Virus record (IMG/VR): IMGVR_UViG_3300047509_000227
Location: 1-56,357 of that record
Length of the DNA stretch: 56,357 nt
From: a virus
Taxonomy: Duplodnaviria; Caudoviricetes
Reading direction: 5' to 3' (one strand)
The position numbers and the translations under genes were made by a program. Below are positions 55,448 to 56,357 of this stretch, piece by piece. Below the pieces are notes generated by a model. It was not told the origin of the DNA. It was given only the letters and a program-made list of their open reading frames with translations, and did not search any database. How positions within the stretch are numbered: the stretch's first letter is position 1; every line of letters starts with the position of its first letter.

Positions 55448-55839
55448 TGCTTCGCACAACTGACCTCGTCGAACGTCTCAATTCGATGCTCGCGCTTGTC
55501 GAGATTGGAGATCCCATCAAGTGGGCCTTCGATCCAAAGATAGAATTTATTTGTGAGGACAGATTTGAGTCTCCTCAATTTGGCCGTCCAGCTTTGAGGA
55601 TTAAGTGTCTTTCGAAAAATGCTCGGCCAGAGAAGGATGGGAAGGAATTTGTAAACATCACAGTTGACGATGCTCTTACAAAAGAAGAAGTAGAGTGGTT
55701 TATCGAAAGACCAAATGAAGTAGCGAGGCTCGTGTTTCGGCAGTTGATGAGGGTGCTAGAGCATGAGTTGAAGGAGAGTTTCTTTGTGAACGGCCAATAC
55801 CTGTACGATCCACATCCAGAAATAAAGAGACAGAAATGA
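55447..55839 (+). CDS. Hypothetical protein
   Basis: EHELKESF..YDPH. Confidence 0.7.
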   Translation: MLRTTDLVERLNSMLALVEIGDPIKWAFDPKIEFICEDRFESPQFGRPALRIKCLSKNARPEKDGKEFVNITVDDALTKEEVEWFIERPNEVARLVFRQLMRVLEHELKESFFVNGQYLYDPHPEIKRQK

Positions 55840-56255
55840 ATGTCGAGAAAGTAAAAGCGCTCCGGGAGGCCCTTGCAACAGGCCTGCTTGCGAGGCAGGG
55901 CGTTGGGTTTAATATGTGTACGGAGTATGCCACTGATGTGGAGGCGAGACAACTGGAAGATTATTCCGGCTACAACTGTGGCACTGTGGCCTGCCTTGCA
56001 GGCTCAACAGTATTGCTCGAGCCGAATGGAAGGGAGCTAATTCGAGATGAGTCTGTTCTAATCCTATCTCATGCGAAGAACTTGCTTGGTCTGCATGAGG
56101 CAGAGGGCGAGGATTTGTTCTGCCCATTTGGGTACTCTGATCAGCCAGCCAACTTTACACTTGAACGAGCGGTCAAGGTTCTGGATGTTTGCATCTCCGA
56201 AGGGCGTGTGCCATCGAATGTCTGGGACGAGGAAATTCGAGACGAATGTGCGTAG
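55836..56255 (+). CDS. Conserved-looking hypothetical phage protein
   Basis: FNM...CGTVACLAG...LLGL...LF. Confidence 0.75.
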   Translation: MNVEKVKALREALATGLLARQGVGFNMCTEYATDVEARQLEDYSGYNCGTVACLAGSTVLLEPNGRELIRDESVLILSHAKNLLGLHEAEGEDLFCPFGYSDQPANFTLERAVKVLDVCISEGRVPSNVWDEEIRDECA

Positions 56256-56357
56256 CACCGGGGGCACCATTAACCATTGATACTCCCGGCCCCCAACATT
56301 TGCTCTTGCATCGCCGGTCCCACCCATGCCATCATGTCCCAGTCGAGACCCGGGCCG
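56231..56357. repeat. Second copy of the 127-bp terminal overlap
   Basis: Identical to 1-127. Confidence 0.95.

Overview
The window is an apparently complete, circularly assembled ~56.2 kb high-GC tailed-phage genome; bases 1-127 are repeated exactly at 56231-56357. There is no recognisable integrase or CI-like repressor, and an alphaproteobacterial host is plausible but only inferred. The + strand (43.2 kb through the join to 12.6 kb) carries many small early genes, DUF932, HIRAN and UvrD-like proteins, a Cas4-like nuclease/Sak4-like ATPase/SSB-like module, a ParB-HTH-DNA methyltransferase fusion, a family-A polymerase split across two genes, and a DUF3987 ATPase. The - strand (42.6 to 12.7 kb) carries lysis genes, a probable TerS, fibre-like genes, TerL, and a P22-like portal, scaffold, coat, tail-hub and ejection set (podovirus-like). 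The most unusual signals are: (i) two C-terminal peptide tags shared by otherwise unrelated proteins, -S-A-x-[E/Q]-L-G-L* on early/non-virion proteins and -G-Y-G-R* on small late proteins; (ii) a perfect chromosomal parS site in a genome encoding a ParB-methyltransferase but no ParA; (iii) a dispersed ATCAA-N3-TTGAT operator-like family, including a 22-bp inverted pair bracketing the virion module; (iv) a tRNA-Leu(UAA)-like element inside an open protein frame; (v) twin hairpins in the coat-gene leader. Family assignments come from motifs recognised by eye, not from searches.
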